From the IMG/VR virus record IMGVR_UViG_3300032397_000005, positions 32,001-96,000 of that record: 64,000 nt of DNA. One strand, 5' to 3'. This document shows positions 27,832 through 36,598 of this stretch, piece by piece (position 1 is the stretch's first letter; each line of letters begins with the position of its first letter). Source of the DNA: a virus. A program made the position numbers and the translations under genes. Below the pieces are notes generated by a model. It saw nothing but the letters and a program-made list of their open reading frames with translations, did no database searches and was not told the origin of the DNA.

Positions 27832-27935
27832 AAAAAGCGCATGAGCTTATCTTTTTCCCCTGGACATATTGTTTCTATCTGGTAAGATGATAATATGAGA
27901 ACCGAGAGAGAAACCCAGACCAAGGAGACGAAGAT
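27832..27935 (+). promoter_or_regulatory. repeated promoter element copy 6 (subtype B)
   Basis: TGGACA at 27861, TAAGAT at 27883, GATAAT, ATG at 27895. Confidence 0.85.
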
Positions 27936-28302
27936 GAACTCCCAGACCGTGACCTTCCCCGTCCGTTCCATCCCACTGACCATCAGCGCCAGCGCGGCGG
28001 CGGCGCTCCTGAACGTCTCCACGGACTTCGAGCTGGTGGTGAGGTTCCTGGGCTACGGCTCGGACTACTCCCGCCTGATGACGGGTGCCGAGAAGGACGT
28101 CGTTCGCTACCTGGCGGACGGCTTCGGGACCCTCACCGCGGCGGACGCGGTGGAGACGGACGAGCACCAGGACCTCCTCCGCGACTGGAGCCACGTCCGC
28201 GACTCCTCGCCGGAGGCGGTGGCGAACATGGCGGCGGCCATCCGCGCCTTCTTCGCGGCGCACACGGTCCAGGATGAGGAGACCTTCCTGAGCGGTTACT
28301 AG
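27895..28302 (+). CDS. hypothetical protein
   Basis: starts within element 6. Confidence 0.7.
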   Translation: MRTERETQTKETKMNSQTVTFPVRSIPLTISASAAAALLNVSTDFELVVRFLGYGSDYSRLMTGAEKDVVRYLADGFGTLTAADAVETDEHQDLLRDWSHVRDSSPEAVANMAAAIRAFFAAHTVQDEETFLSGY

Positions 28303-28353
28303 AGACGTCGACCCTGGGGGAGCTCCTCCCGGGGTCTTGGGAGGAGGTGCGCG

Positions 28354-28572
28354 ATGCTGATTGAGGCGACGGATCCGCGGGAGGCGGCGCTGGGGATCCT
28401 CCGTCGGGACTTGACGGGGGACGCGCGGGGGGCGCTGGCGTACCTCCTGAACAACGCCCTCTGCCCGCTGGTCTGCGATCTCTCGTTCGACGACGCGGCG
28501 CTCAACCTGGGGTACGTCCGGGACGCGGTCATGCAGCTCCGGGCGATGGTTCTGGAGATCGTTTCTGGGTGA
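28354..28572 (+). CDS. small hypothetical protein
   Basis: GGAGGAGGT RBS. Confidence 0.65.
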   Translation: MLIEATDPREAALGILRRDLTGDARGALAYLLNNALCPLVCDLSFDDAALNLGYVRDAVMQLRAMVLEIVSG

Positions 28573-28573
28573 T

Positions 28574-28640
28574 AAAAACGCCTCCCCCCACTTTTCCCCT
28601 GGACATATTGTTTTTATCTGGTAAGATGATAATATGAGAA
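28574..28640 (+). promoter_or_regulatory. repeated promoter element copy 7 (subtype B)
   Basis: TGGACA at 28600, TAAGAT at 28622, ATG at 28634. Confidence 0.85.
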
Positions 28641-28900
28641 CAAAGAAAGCAACCAAGAAGCTCCTCAGGATTCGGATGGGTCAGGCGTTCCGCGGGTTCC
28701 TGCTGGGCGTTTGCCAGGAACTCCGGCTCGAGGTGGAGTCCACGGGGTACGCGGAGGGGTCGACGGCGTGGCAGGTCTACGTGCGGACGGAGATCCCGGC
28801 GGACGTGATTCAGGAGACGATCTGGGCGCGCAACGGCGGCGGGTGGTGCGAGGTCAATGAGATCAACGGTCAGGACAACGGAGGGAGAGATGTCAAGTAA
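28634..28900 (+). CDS. hypothetical protein, paralog of 26000-26272
   Basis: shared WQVY and IWA.NGGGWCEV motifs. Confidence 0.7.
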   Translation: MRTKKATKKLLRIRMGQAFRGFLLGVCQELRLEVESTGYAEGSTAWQVYVRTEIPADVIQETIWARNGGGWCEVNEINGQDNGGRDVK

Positions 28901-29171
28901 GAAGAGAGCGAAGCAGCCGGTCTTTATCCCGGAGGCGGAGCGGGACCTGGCGGCAAAGTGGTTGGCCACCTCGAACCTGGGGCAGCCGGAGGCAGAGACG
29001 GCGGACCCAGAGGCAATTTTGCGCGCATGGGAGGCGTGCGTCCGGGCGCACGGGGACGAGGGGATCGACGTGATGCCGGAGTTCAGGGGTTGGAAGCGGG
29101 ACATTGCGGCGGGTGACGCCTTCTGCGCGGAGGAGTGGGGGAAGTTCAAGGCTCAGAAGGAGGTGCGTTGA
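28890..29171 (+). CDS. hypothetical protein (AAKWLATSNLGQPE family)
   Basis: GGAGGG RBS; paralog of the 27525 N-terminus. Confidence 0.7.
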   Translation: MSSKKRAKQPVFIPEAERDLAAKWLATSNLGQPEAETADPEAILRAWEACVRAHGDEGIDVMPEFRGWKRDIAAGDAFCAEEWGKFKAQKEVR

Positions 29172-29407
29172 TGGATCACGCGGCGGTTGTGAGGGCGGCG
29201 ATGATGTGGTGCGCGGAGCTCCTTGAGGCGGCGCTCGAGGGCCTGGTGACCCGGAGGCGAGGGAGGTCTTTCTGGCGGACGCTACGGGTCTGCGGGACCG
29301 CCAGGAGGTGGTCTTTGTGACGTACCTCATTCGGCACCAGATCTGCGAGCTCCGTGCCCGGGCGGATGTGATGGGGAAGAAGGTTTGACGGGTACCTCCT
29401 GATACGT

Positions 29408-29500
29408 GAAGAAAACGTCACCTCCCCTCATTTTTCCTCTGGACAAATTGTTTCTATCTGGTAAGATGATAATATGAGAACCACGAAGGAGACGCAGATG
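29408..29500 (+). promoter_or_regulatory. repeated promoter element copy 8 (subtype B)
   Basis: TGGACA at 29440, TAAGAT at 29462, ATG at 29474. Confidence 0.85.
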
Positions 29501-29692
29501 ACGAAGACGATGAAGGCGGTTCGGAAGTTCACGGCGGGCCTGGCGGTTGGGCGCTCTGACCTCAACCGGAACGGTTACGCCTGGATGGCGCGGAACGTGG
29601 CGACGCTCATCCGCCTCACCAAGGACGAGCCCAACTGGCTCCGCGGTTACCGCGCGGCGCTCGAGGACGCGCAGGACGGGGAGGTGCTTTGA
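29474..29692 (+). CDS. small hypothetical protein
   Basis: starts within element 8. Confidence 0.7.
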   Translation: MRTTKETQMTKTMKAVRKFTAGLAVGRSDLNRNGYAWMARNVATLIRLTKDEPNWLRGYRAALEDAQDGEVL

Positions 29693-29910
29693 TGCGGAAG
29701 AAGGGCGTGCGTGGCAGCGTGGTCTCCGCGCTGCGGCTCCTGCGGGACGCGCGGCTCCTCCTCCGCGGGGAGGTGGAGGCGGGTGAGTGGGGGGACGCGG
29801 ACGCAATCGAGCTCTCCCAGCGCCTCGCGGAGGTGACCGCGGAGACGCTCACGCTGCGGCGGGAGCTGGCGTCCTGGTTCCTATTTGTCCGTCCGGCGGA
29901 CATTGACTGA
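29692..29910 (+). CDS. small hypothetical protein
   Basis: GGAGGT RBS, TGATG coupling. Confidence 0.6.
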   Translation: MRKKGVRGSVVSALRLLRDARLLLRGEVEAGEWGDADAIELSQRLAEVTAETLTLRRELASWFLFVRPADID

Positions 29911-29953
29911 TGCGCCTATATGTAGGCGCCTGACACTTTGGAGGAGGTGAAGG

Positions 29954-30208
29954 ATGAGTGAAGTCATGTTTAAACGCGGGGACCCGGTGGAGGTCATGAT
30001 CGGCGGCGCGTGGAGGGCGGGTCGAGTTGCTTACGCGAGGATGCTTGGTCCGGAGTACAGGAGGGTCGCCGCCTACTCCGTCGTGCTGCATGATCTCGAG
30101 CTGAAGCCGGGTTATATGGGGACAAACATCGTGTCCGTGTGCTGCTCAGGCGTGATGGTGTCCGTGGAGTTCGTTCGCGCGGTGACGATTGACGGAGGGT
30201 TGAAATGA
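29954..30208 (+). CDS. small hypothetical (SH3/KOW-like) protein
   Basis: GGAGGAGGT RBS; FKRGDPVEV. Confidence 0.6.
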   Translation: MSEVMFKRGDPVEVMIGGAWRAGRVAYARMLGPEYRRVAAYSVVLHDLELKPGYMGTNIVSVCCSGVMVSVEFVRAVTIDGGLK

Positions 30209-31197
30209 GAAGAATGGTGCTTGCGCTGCTCCTCCTCCCCTCACTGAACGCGGTGGGGGATCCGCTGGTTCTTCCGCGGGACTTCCGGGTACGCTGCTTC
30301 CCGAGGAACCTGAGGTTCAAGCCGGATTGCCTGGTGCCATGCGAGCGTGCAGGGCGGGAGGGACGGGCACTGGACGAGGTCCTCCCCCTGGATGCCCTCC
30401 TGACCGCGGGAACCGGGTCCCACGCCACGGAGACCTTCGCGGCGGTGTGTTCATCTAGGTGGCAGGAGCTCATCCCTCAGGAGGCGCTGGCGCGTCTGAG
30501 TCGATGCAACCCGCGGCGGGACGTGATCCAGTACGCCCTCGAGCTCCGCCTGACGCACCTCCGGAAGACGCGGGGTAAGGTCCCAAACTACGTCGCCCCG
30601 GATCTCGACGGGACGCCACCGGTGGTCAAGGGCTCGATGGCGGCAAGTAAGCGGGCTTACATCAACAGACACCTCGCGCTCCTGGCCGGGGTCCTAGACT
30701 GTCCCCTCATCTCGGACGCGGAGGGCGTGCGGACCGTTGCCCTGGAGCTCCGGGACCGCGCGAGGGAGAAGTTAGTGGCGATTGAGCGGGAGGCGGCGGA
30801 GGAGGTGGAACGCGCGACCAGGCGGGCGGAGTCGATCGCGCGGATCCGGGCGGAGCTGGCTCCCCTCCTCCGGGGGGCGGTGGGTTGCCCGCGGTGCTCG
30901 GTCGACGCCGTCTGGGAGGCGCATGAGTACGCGGAGGCGATCTGCGGAGCGATCCAGAGTAGAGCGGAGGCGGTTGCGGAGCTCGCCAGGCTCCGGCGCT
31001 ACGGCGCTCGCCACGGCGTGGTGGACCTCTCGGACCTCAAGGACCAGTCAGACGCCATCCGGGAGGCGGAAGACAGCATCCGCGGGAATCGGAGCGAGTT
31101 CCTCAGGGTGACCAAGCGGGTGTTCAGTCCGGGTTGCTGCCGGAACCTCCCGAATGTTGCGGAGCGGCTCGAGGCGGCGTCCAACAAGGTCAGGTAG
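30205..31197 (+). CDS. putative exported Cys-containing protein
   Basis: signal-peptide-like N-terminus MRRMVLALLLLPSLNAVG. Confidence 0.6.
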   Translation: MRRMVLALLLLPSLNAVGDPLVLPRDFRVRCFPRNLRFKPDCLVPCERAGREGRALDEVLPLDALLTAGTGSHATETFAAVCSSRWQELIPQEALARLSRCNPRRDVIQYALELRLTHLRKTRGKVPNYVAPDLDGTPPVVKGSMAASKRAYINRHLALLAGVLDCPLISDAEGVRTVALELRDRAREKLVAIEREAAEEVERATRRAESIARIRAELAPLLRGAVGCPRCSVDAVWEAHEYAEAICGAIQSRAEAVAELARLRRYGARHGVVDLSDLKDQSDAIREAEDSIRGNRSEFLRVTKRVFSPGCCRNLPNVAERLEAASNKVR

Positions 31198-31945
31198 GCG
31201 CGAGCTGCTTGACGCGCGGCGCGCGCGGTTCCGCGGGGATTGGTTCTTGCTTATATGTAGGCAACTGGAGTGACGCGTCAATCACCTTCCCACCCTCCTC
31301 CACCGGTTGCGTGATGCGGCGGAGGACGGCGCCAACCGTTCCCTGGAGGCGTTTCTGGGGATCCGCTAGGTATGCCTGGAGACCGGTCACCTCCTTTGAT
31401 AGGTGAACCTGGAGCTCGGAGATGGACATCGAGCGGATGTCCACGTGCCCGTGGATCTGGAGCTCCCGGGCGGCGCGCTTGATGACCCCCAGCTCCTGCC
31501 CGACCTTGATGATCTGCTCCAGGATGCTGGACCGGGCCTTGATCGCGGTGGTGAGTGCGGCAAACTGCTTCGACCCGCGGAAGATCTCCGCCATGTCCTG
31601 CAGTTCCTTACAGCAGAGCATCTGCTGCTCCCGGTACTCCGCAAACAGCAGCGTGGAGTCCGCGGAGTCCCACATGCGCCGGTATTCGTCTCGGCTCGTG
31701 CGCTCCACGCTCATCAGGCGCTGCAGGCTCCAGCCGGTTTCCTGGAGGATCTGGTCACGAGACCACATCAAGGAAATACAGGCTCTGTACTGAGTGATGT
31801 CGCGTCTATCTCGGCGGATCTCCTGTGATTCCGTTAGGTCTTGGATACCAAACTTGGCTAGGTTCCTAGTTCTGGCCTTGGCGCCTGCGCACCCGGACGC
31901 GACGTCCGAGAGTTCGAGTTCCTTGGCGTTTGAGTGCTGTGACAT
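31190..31945 (-). CDS. probable terminase small subunit
   Basis: N-terminal HTH-like segment, helical oligomerisation region, C-terminal 'LQIHGHVDIRSMSISEL'; adjacent to TerL; GGAGG RBS. Confidence 0.6.
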   Translation of the reverse strand: MSQHSNAKELELSDVASGCAGAKARTRNLAKFGIQDLTESQEIRRDRRDITQYRACISLMWSRDQILQETGWSLQRLMSVERTSRDEYRRMWDSADSTLLFAEYREQQMLCCKELQDMAEIFRGSKQFAALTTAIKARSSILEQIIKVGQELGVIKRAARELQIHGHVDIRSMSISELQVHLSKEVTGLQAYLADPQKRLQGTVGAVLRRITQPVEEGGKVIDASLQLPTYKQEPIPAEPRAPRVKQLAPT

Positions 31946-32052
31946 CCGCTCCCTCCTCCCCCCATCTTAGCAACTGTTCCGGTTGCGGACTAGGGTTCTC
32001 TGCGCTCATCTCACTGGGGACGCTTCAAACTAAGCGATAACTTTACGGTCAG

Positions 32053-33603
32053 GTGTCAAGATCTCATCATCAGATGTCGGCGGATGATCTCCGGCGGGAA
32101 CTGGAGACGGTCTACCAATCTAAGGCGCACCTCCAGAGAAAGTTGATCCTGGAGGAGCGGAGGTTGGACGTCCTGGCGACGGTCCTGGGCTACGTTGTCC
32201 TGCCGTTTCACGCGCTCCTCATCGAGGCCAAGCGGCGGATGCCCGGTCCGTGGCGGTTGTACCTGGCTCCACGGGGGAGCGGGAAGTCTACGATCATCAC
32301 GGTCGTGGACTCCGTTCTCCAACCCCTCCTCGATCCCAACGTGCGTATCCTCATCGGATCCCGCGTGAAGGATCAGAGCAAGGACATCCTGGCGGAGATC
32401 CAGGGTTGCTTTGCCGTGGACCGCTTCTGCGAGCTGTTCGGGGACATTCGCGGTGAGAAGTGGGGGACCGGGGAGGCCACGGTCAAGACTCGAATGCGGC
32501 AGTTTAAGGAGCCAACGTGGTTGGCCGCGGGCGCCGACGGACCCGTCACCTCCAAGCACTTCGACGTCGTGAAGGCGGACGACCTGGTCGACGAGAAGAA
32601 CAGCCGGACGGACGGGGAGCGGGACCGCATGTACACGTTCTTCTACAAGACGCTCGTCCCCACGCTGATGATGGTCCGGAAGGACGGGACGCCGGGGGAA
32701 CTGGATCTCCTGGGGACGCGGTATCACCCCGACGACGTCTACGCCCGGGCGGAGGAAGTTGACCCCAAATTTCGAGGGAATGTCTGCGAGATCCCGGCGC
32801 TGGTGGATCCGGAGACCGGGGAGCGGGCCTCTGACGGCGTGTCGATCGTTCCGGAGCTTCTCCCAACCGAGGACCTGAAGTGCCTTCGCATCTCGATGGG
32901 GTCGGCACACTTCGACTCTCAGTACCAGCAGAGTACCAAGCGGTTGAAGGGGGACATCTTCCGGGATGACATGTTCTCCTACTATGACGAGTCTCCGGAG
33001 GATCTGATCAAGCGGTTGGAGCTCAAGGTCTGGAGCGCGTGTGACCTGGCGATTGCGGAGGAGCAGGAGCAGGATGAGTACGCGGACGCCGTTATCGGGG
33101 TGGACGATCGGGACGGTGACACAAACCTCAGAATCTACCTGCTGGACCTCTACCACGGGCGGATCCCCTACTTGCTCCAGATTGGGAGGGCATCCTACAT
33201 CTTCGATCGGTGGGACCCCATCAGGTTTGGAATCGAGGCCAACGCGTTCCAGAAGAGCCGGCTTTACTCCGTGTACCGGGAGCTTGGTTCGGAGATTGGG
33301 GATCGGTGCGTGCCGGTTATGACGCTCACGGACAAGGTGACGCGGGCTTGGAAGTTGGCGGCTCGCTACGAGGCGGGGCGGGTTTTCCACCGCAAGGGAT
33401 CCTTTCACCTCGAACTCGAGGACCAGCTATGCGGGTTCCCAAGGGGGAGGTTTGACGACATCTTCGACGCCGTGGATCTTGCCGTGACGCTTGGTTGCGT
33501 CACGCGTGCGAGGCGCAGCAGGAAGCGAAAGGTCGGGTTGTTCGGCGGGCAGAGATCGCGCCGGCAGGCCAATTTAACAATTACGTCAGGAGGAGTCAAG
33601 TGA
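32053..33603 (+). CDS. terL: terminase large subunit
   Basis: APRGSGKS Walker A, KADDLVDE Walker B, GTRYH.DD, F..QYQQ, nuclease CDLA ... DDIFDA. Confidence 0.93.
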   Translation: MSRSHHQMSADDLRRELETVYQSKAHLQRKLILEERRLDVLATVLGYVVLPFHALLIEAKRRMPGPWRLYLAPRGSGKSTIITVVDSVLQPLLDPNVRILIGSRVKDQSKDILAEIQGCFAVDRFCELFGDIRGEKWGTGEATVKTRMRQFKEPTWLAAGADGPVTSKHFDVVKADDLVDEKNSRTDGERDRMYTFFYKTLVPTLMMVRKDGTPGELDLLGTRYHPDDVYARAEEVDPKFRGNVCEIPALVDPETGERASDGVSIVPELLPTEDLKCLRISMGSAHFDSQYQQSTKRLKGDIFRDDMFSYYDESPEDLIKRLELKVWSACDLAIAEEQEQDEYADAVIGVDDRDGDTNLRIYLLDLYHGRIPYLLQIGRASYIFDRWDPIRFGIEANAFQKSRLYSVYRELGSEIGDRCVPVMTLTDKVTRAWKLAARYEAGRVFHRKGSFHLELEDQLCGFPRGRFDDIFDAVDLAVTLGCVTRARRSRKRKVGLFGGQRSRRQANLTITSGGVK

Positions 33604-34109
33604 ACAACGACCTAGTGGAGCTCAAGAAGGCAATCAAGTCCGGGGGACGCCTCTCGGATGAGAACGTGCGGAAGCTTGCGCAGCTTCGGCGAAGCGCCAA
33701 CGCGGACCGTACGTTCGTTCGGGTTGGGAAACTTGCCCTCCAGGAGGGGGAGGAGCTGATGGAGTTCGTCTGGACAATGATCTCCGCGGTTCAGACGGAT
33801 CGCATCATCCTGGCGGACGGTTCCCTTGACGCCTGGTTGGAGGGGATCTTCGATGATCACATCATCGTTCGGGACGGGAACACCGGGCGGTTGTTCCGCG
33901 CGGACTTCGCGCGTGGGGCGGACGGTTCCATCGCGTTTGCGGAGCCGGTGGAGGTGCGCGTCCAGTTTGTCCCCATCTCACAACCGGGAGCTTCGGAGGG
34001 TGACGGGACGGTGAAGTCGGTGGAGAAGCGGGCGCCGGATCAGATTGTTGAGATCAAGAAGGCGGAGTCGAAGTGGTCCTTCCTACCCGCGTCACTTCGG
34101 GGGAGGTGA
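33600..34109 (+). CDS. hypothetical protein
   Basis: AGGAGGAG RBS before GTG at 33600. Confidence 0.7.
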   Translation: MNNDLVELKKAIKSGGRLSDENVRKLAQLRRSANADRTFVRVGKLALQEGEELMEFVWTMISAVQTDRIILADGSLDAWLEGIFDDHIIVRDGNTGRLFRADFARGADGSIAFAEPVEVRVQFVPISQPGASEGDGTVKSVEKRAPDQIVEIKKAESKWSFLPASLRGR

Positions 34110-34113
34110 CCAA

Positions 34114-34512
34114 ATGGCGGCCGTGACCCCAGTTGGGCGCGTTCCAAGCGCGCCAAACCTGTCAATCTTCCGTGAGGTGTCCGCAAACGACGCGGCGCTC
34201 CCCACCGCGAAGAAGGCGGGTCTGAACTGCTCGGAGTTCGATGAGATCGTCGTGGTTGCCACCCCGGTGGCGCCGTGCACCGGGGCGAACGTCGAGCCGC
34301 ACTTCTGGTCCGAGGCGCTGTCCGGGACCCCAAATGGGGGTTTTGTTCCGGAGGCCACGCCCGTGATCTTCGCGATGGGAACCGGGGGGCGCAAGATCTT
34401 CCGCGTGGCGCATGCGGAGTCCGTCTTCTTCGAGGTGACGGCAATCGCCGGGGGTGGGGGTTCGGTCCGTCTCGAGGTATATGGCGTCCCAATCTACGGG
34501 AAGGTGGGCTAG
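34114..34512 (+). CDS. hypothetical (possibly virion) protein
   Basis: GGAGGTGA RBS. Confidence 0.65.
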   Translation: MAAVTPVGRVPSAPNLSIFREVSANDAALPTAKKAGLNCSEFDEIVVVATPVAPCTGANVEPHFWSEALSGTPNGGFVPEATPVIFAMGTGGRKIFRVAHAESVFFEVTAIAGGGGSVRLEVYGVPIYGKVG

Positions 34513-36597
34513 ATGAGCGAGCGTCAAGCGGCGGAGGTCCAGATCCAGCGCGACTTCGCGGACAACCCTACCGTCGCGGAGATCAAGAAGCGCAACGTGA
34601 ACGTGTTGCGGGCCACCGTCCTTGGCTTGGCGCGGATCCGGGAGGAGAAGCTTTCCCGGCAGAGGGAGGCGGATAGACCCGCGTCCGGGACCGGGACCTC
34701 CGCTGGGGAGAGCAAGGCGCTACTGAACGACCCCATCTCGGTCCTCATGCAGAGCGGTCAGGTGGTTGCTCCACCGTTCGACCTCCTCACCCTGGCGGTG
34801 ATGCCGGAGAACAGTACGGAACTCGGCCCTTGCATCGACGCGATGGCCGTGAACGTGGAGGGGTTTGGCTGGCGGCTCGAGTCCCGCGTTCCGGTCAACG
34901 AGCGGACGCCGGTGGAGGTTCTCCAGATTCTGGAGGAGGAGCAGGTCATAGCGGAGAACTTCTTCAGCAACTGCTGCCCGGACGGGGAGTCCCTCGAGGA
35001 CCTCCGGGATAAGCTTCGGCGGGACCTGGAGGCCACCGGGAACTGCTACGTGGAGTTCGTGGAGGTTCCGGGGACGGGACGCCTGGACGGGTTGAATCAC
35101 CTCCCCTCGTGGACGATGCGTATTGGGCGCGTGGAGCAGGAGTCCACGGAGTACGTGGACCTGGGCGTGGAGAAGATGGTCCGCTTCGTGGAGCTCCCTC
35201 CGGAGCCGAAGGAGTCGACGGAAGTACCTGAACTCGCTGACGAGGAATTCTCTGCGGATGAGGATGGGATCTCCGGACCTCCGCTGAGGCACGTTCAGGA
35301 GGCGGAGGGGGAGCCGATCCGAATCCAGAAGCAGTCGACCTTCGAGACGCAGGTCACCTACGAGCTGCGGGAGCAGGTGCGCTTCAAGCGGTTTCGTCGG
35401 TACGTCCAGCTGCGGGAACGTCAGGTCATCTGGTTCAAGGAACTGGGGGATCCGCGCCTCATATCCAACCGAGACGGGCACGTGGTGACGCGTGAGGAGC
35501 TCCTGAGGGAGGAGAACGGCGGGGAGCAGCTTCAGCGGTTCACGCTCCTCGGGGACCGCGTGACGGTTGCGCTCGGGATTCGGGGTTTTCCGGTCCGGGA
35601 CGCGGCCAACCCGGTTCGTCATAAGCGACTCTACTCCACGCGCTCGCCCTACGGGCTCCCGCGGTACACCGGGCACCTGTTCTCCATCTTCGGTTCCCGG
35701 GCGGCGGAGGAGATCAACTTCACGACGTTCAAGAACAACAACGTTCCCTCTATGGTCATCACGGTGTCCAACGGGAAGATGGACGACGAGTCCGTCGAGC
35801 GGATCGAGGAGTTCGTGGAGGCCACGATTGCGGGGGATGACAATTACAGCAAGTTCCTACTCTTGGAGGCGGAGCCGGTTCTGGAGGGGATGCGGGACCC
35901 GGGGTCGATGCGCATCGACGTCAAGCCGCTTACGTCTGAGCAGCACACGGACGCGATGTTCGTCAACTACCAGAACTCGAACGATGAGCGCGTTCGGCGG
36001 GCCTGGCGATTCCCACCCATCTTCGTCGGGAAGTCGGATGACTTCACGGGCAAGACGATCGAGGCCAGCCGGAAGCTCGCGGACGAGCAGGTCTTCGGGC
36101 CGGAGCGGGGGAAGGTGGACCGCTTCTTGACCCGGGACGTCCTGCTCCGAATCGGGGTGGTCTGGAGCGTGTTCCGGTCCAACTCCCCGAACGTGACGGA
36201 GAACGCGGACCTGGTCAAGCTCCTGGCTCAGGGCGAGAAGACGGGCGGGCTCACACCGCGCATTGCGCGGAGACTCATCGGGCGGATCGTGAACGAGGAT
36301 CTGGGGGAGATTGACACGGATCTCCTCCCTCCGGATCAGCCGTTCTCCCTGACGTTGGCGGCCATCATGAAGACAAACTCGGCCACCGAGGCTCCCGGGG
36401 GCGGGGAACCGACGAGTCAGGGGCGGGCGGGGTTACAGGTTGCCGGTCCACCGAAGGAGTCCATCGCGGAGAGTGCGGACGACGGTGAGGTGTTCTCGTC
36501 CCTGGCGGGGATGATCCGCGCGGAGGCGGCCATGCGCTTTGGGGGGTTTGTCCCGCCCGCGCTGAAGGACGAGCCGGAGGAAGTGGAGCCGGACTGA
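34513..36597 (+). CDS. portal protein (PBSX/XkdE-like)
   Basis: PPFD...L, D.EATGN.Y.E, YGLP, F.NN..P, F..Y, PPI..G motifs; position after TerL. Confidence 0.88.
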   Translation: MSERQAAEVQIQRDFADNPTVAEIKKRNVNVLRATVLGLARIREEKLSRQREADRPASGTGTSAGESKALLNDPISVLMQSGQVVAPPFDLLTLAVMPENSTELGPCIDAMAVNVEGFGWRLESRVPVNERTPVEVLQILEEEQVIAENFFSNCCPDGESLEDLRDKLRRDLEATGNCYVEFVEVPGTGRLDGLNHLPSWTMRIGRVEQESTEYVDLGVEKMVRFVELPPEPKESTEVPELADEEFSADEDGISGPPLRHVQEAEGEPIRIQKQSTFETQVTYELREQVRFKRFRRYVQLRERQVIWFKELGDPRLISNRDGHVVTREELLREENGGEQLQRFTLLGDRVTVALGIRGFPVRDAANPVRHKRLYSTRSPYGLPRYTGHLFSIFGSRAAEEINFTTFKNNNVPSMVITVSNGKMDDESVERIEEFVEATIAGDDNYSKFLLLEAEPVLEGMRDPGSMRIDVKPLTSEQHTDAMFVNYQNSNDERVRRAWRFPPIFVGKSDDFTGKTIEASRKLADEQVFGPERGKVDRFLTRDVLLRIGVVWSVFRSNSPNVTENADLVKLLAQGEKTGGLTPRIARRLIGRIVNEDLGEIDTDLLPPDQPFSLTLAAIMKTNSATEAPGGGEPTSQGRAGLQVAGPPKESIAESADDGEVFSSLAGMIRAEAAMRFGGFVPPALKDEPEEVEPD

Positions 36598-36598
36598 C

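Noticed and set aside
23716-29500. Repeated elements as CRISPR repeats or true integron attC sites
   Set aside because: Spacing is 0.56-1.15 kb with whole genes between copies. The elements look like promoters, lack attC R/L box structure, and no integrase is visible.
32053-33603. Intein or intron in terL (also checked nrdJ)
   Set aside because: Motif spacing is continuous and no Hint motifs were seen.
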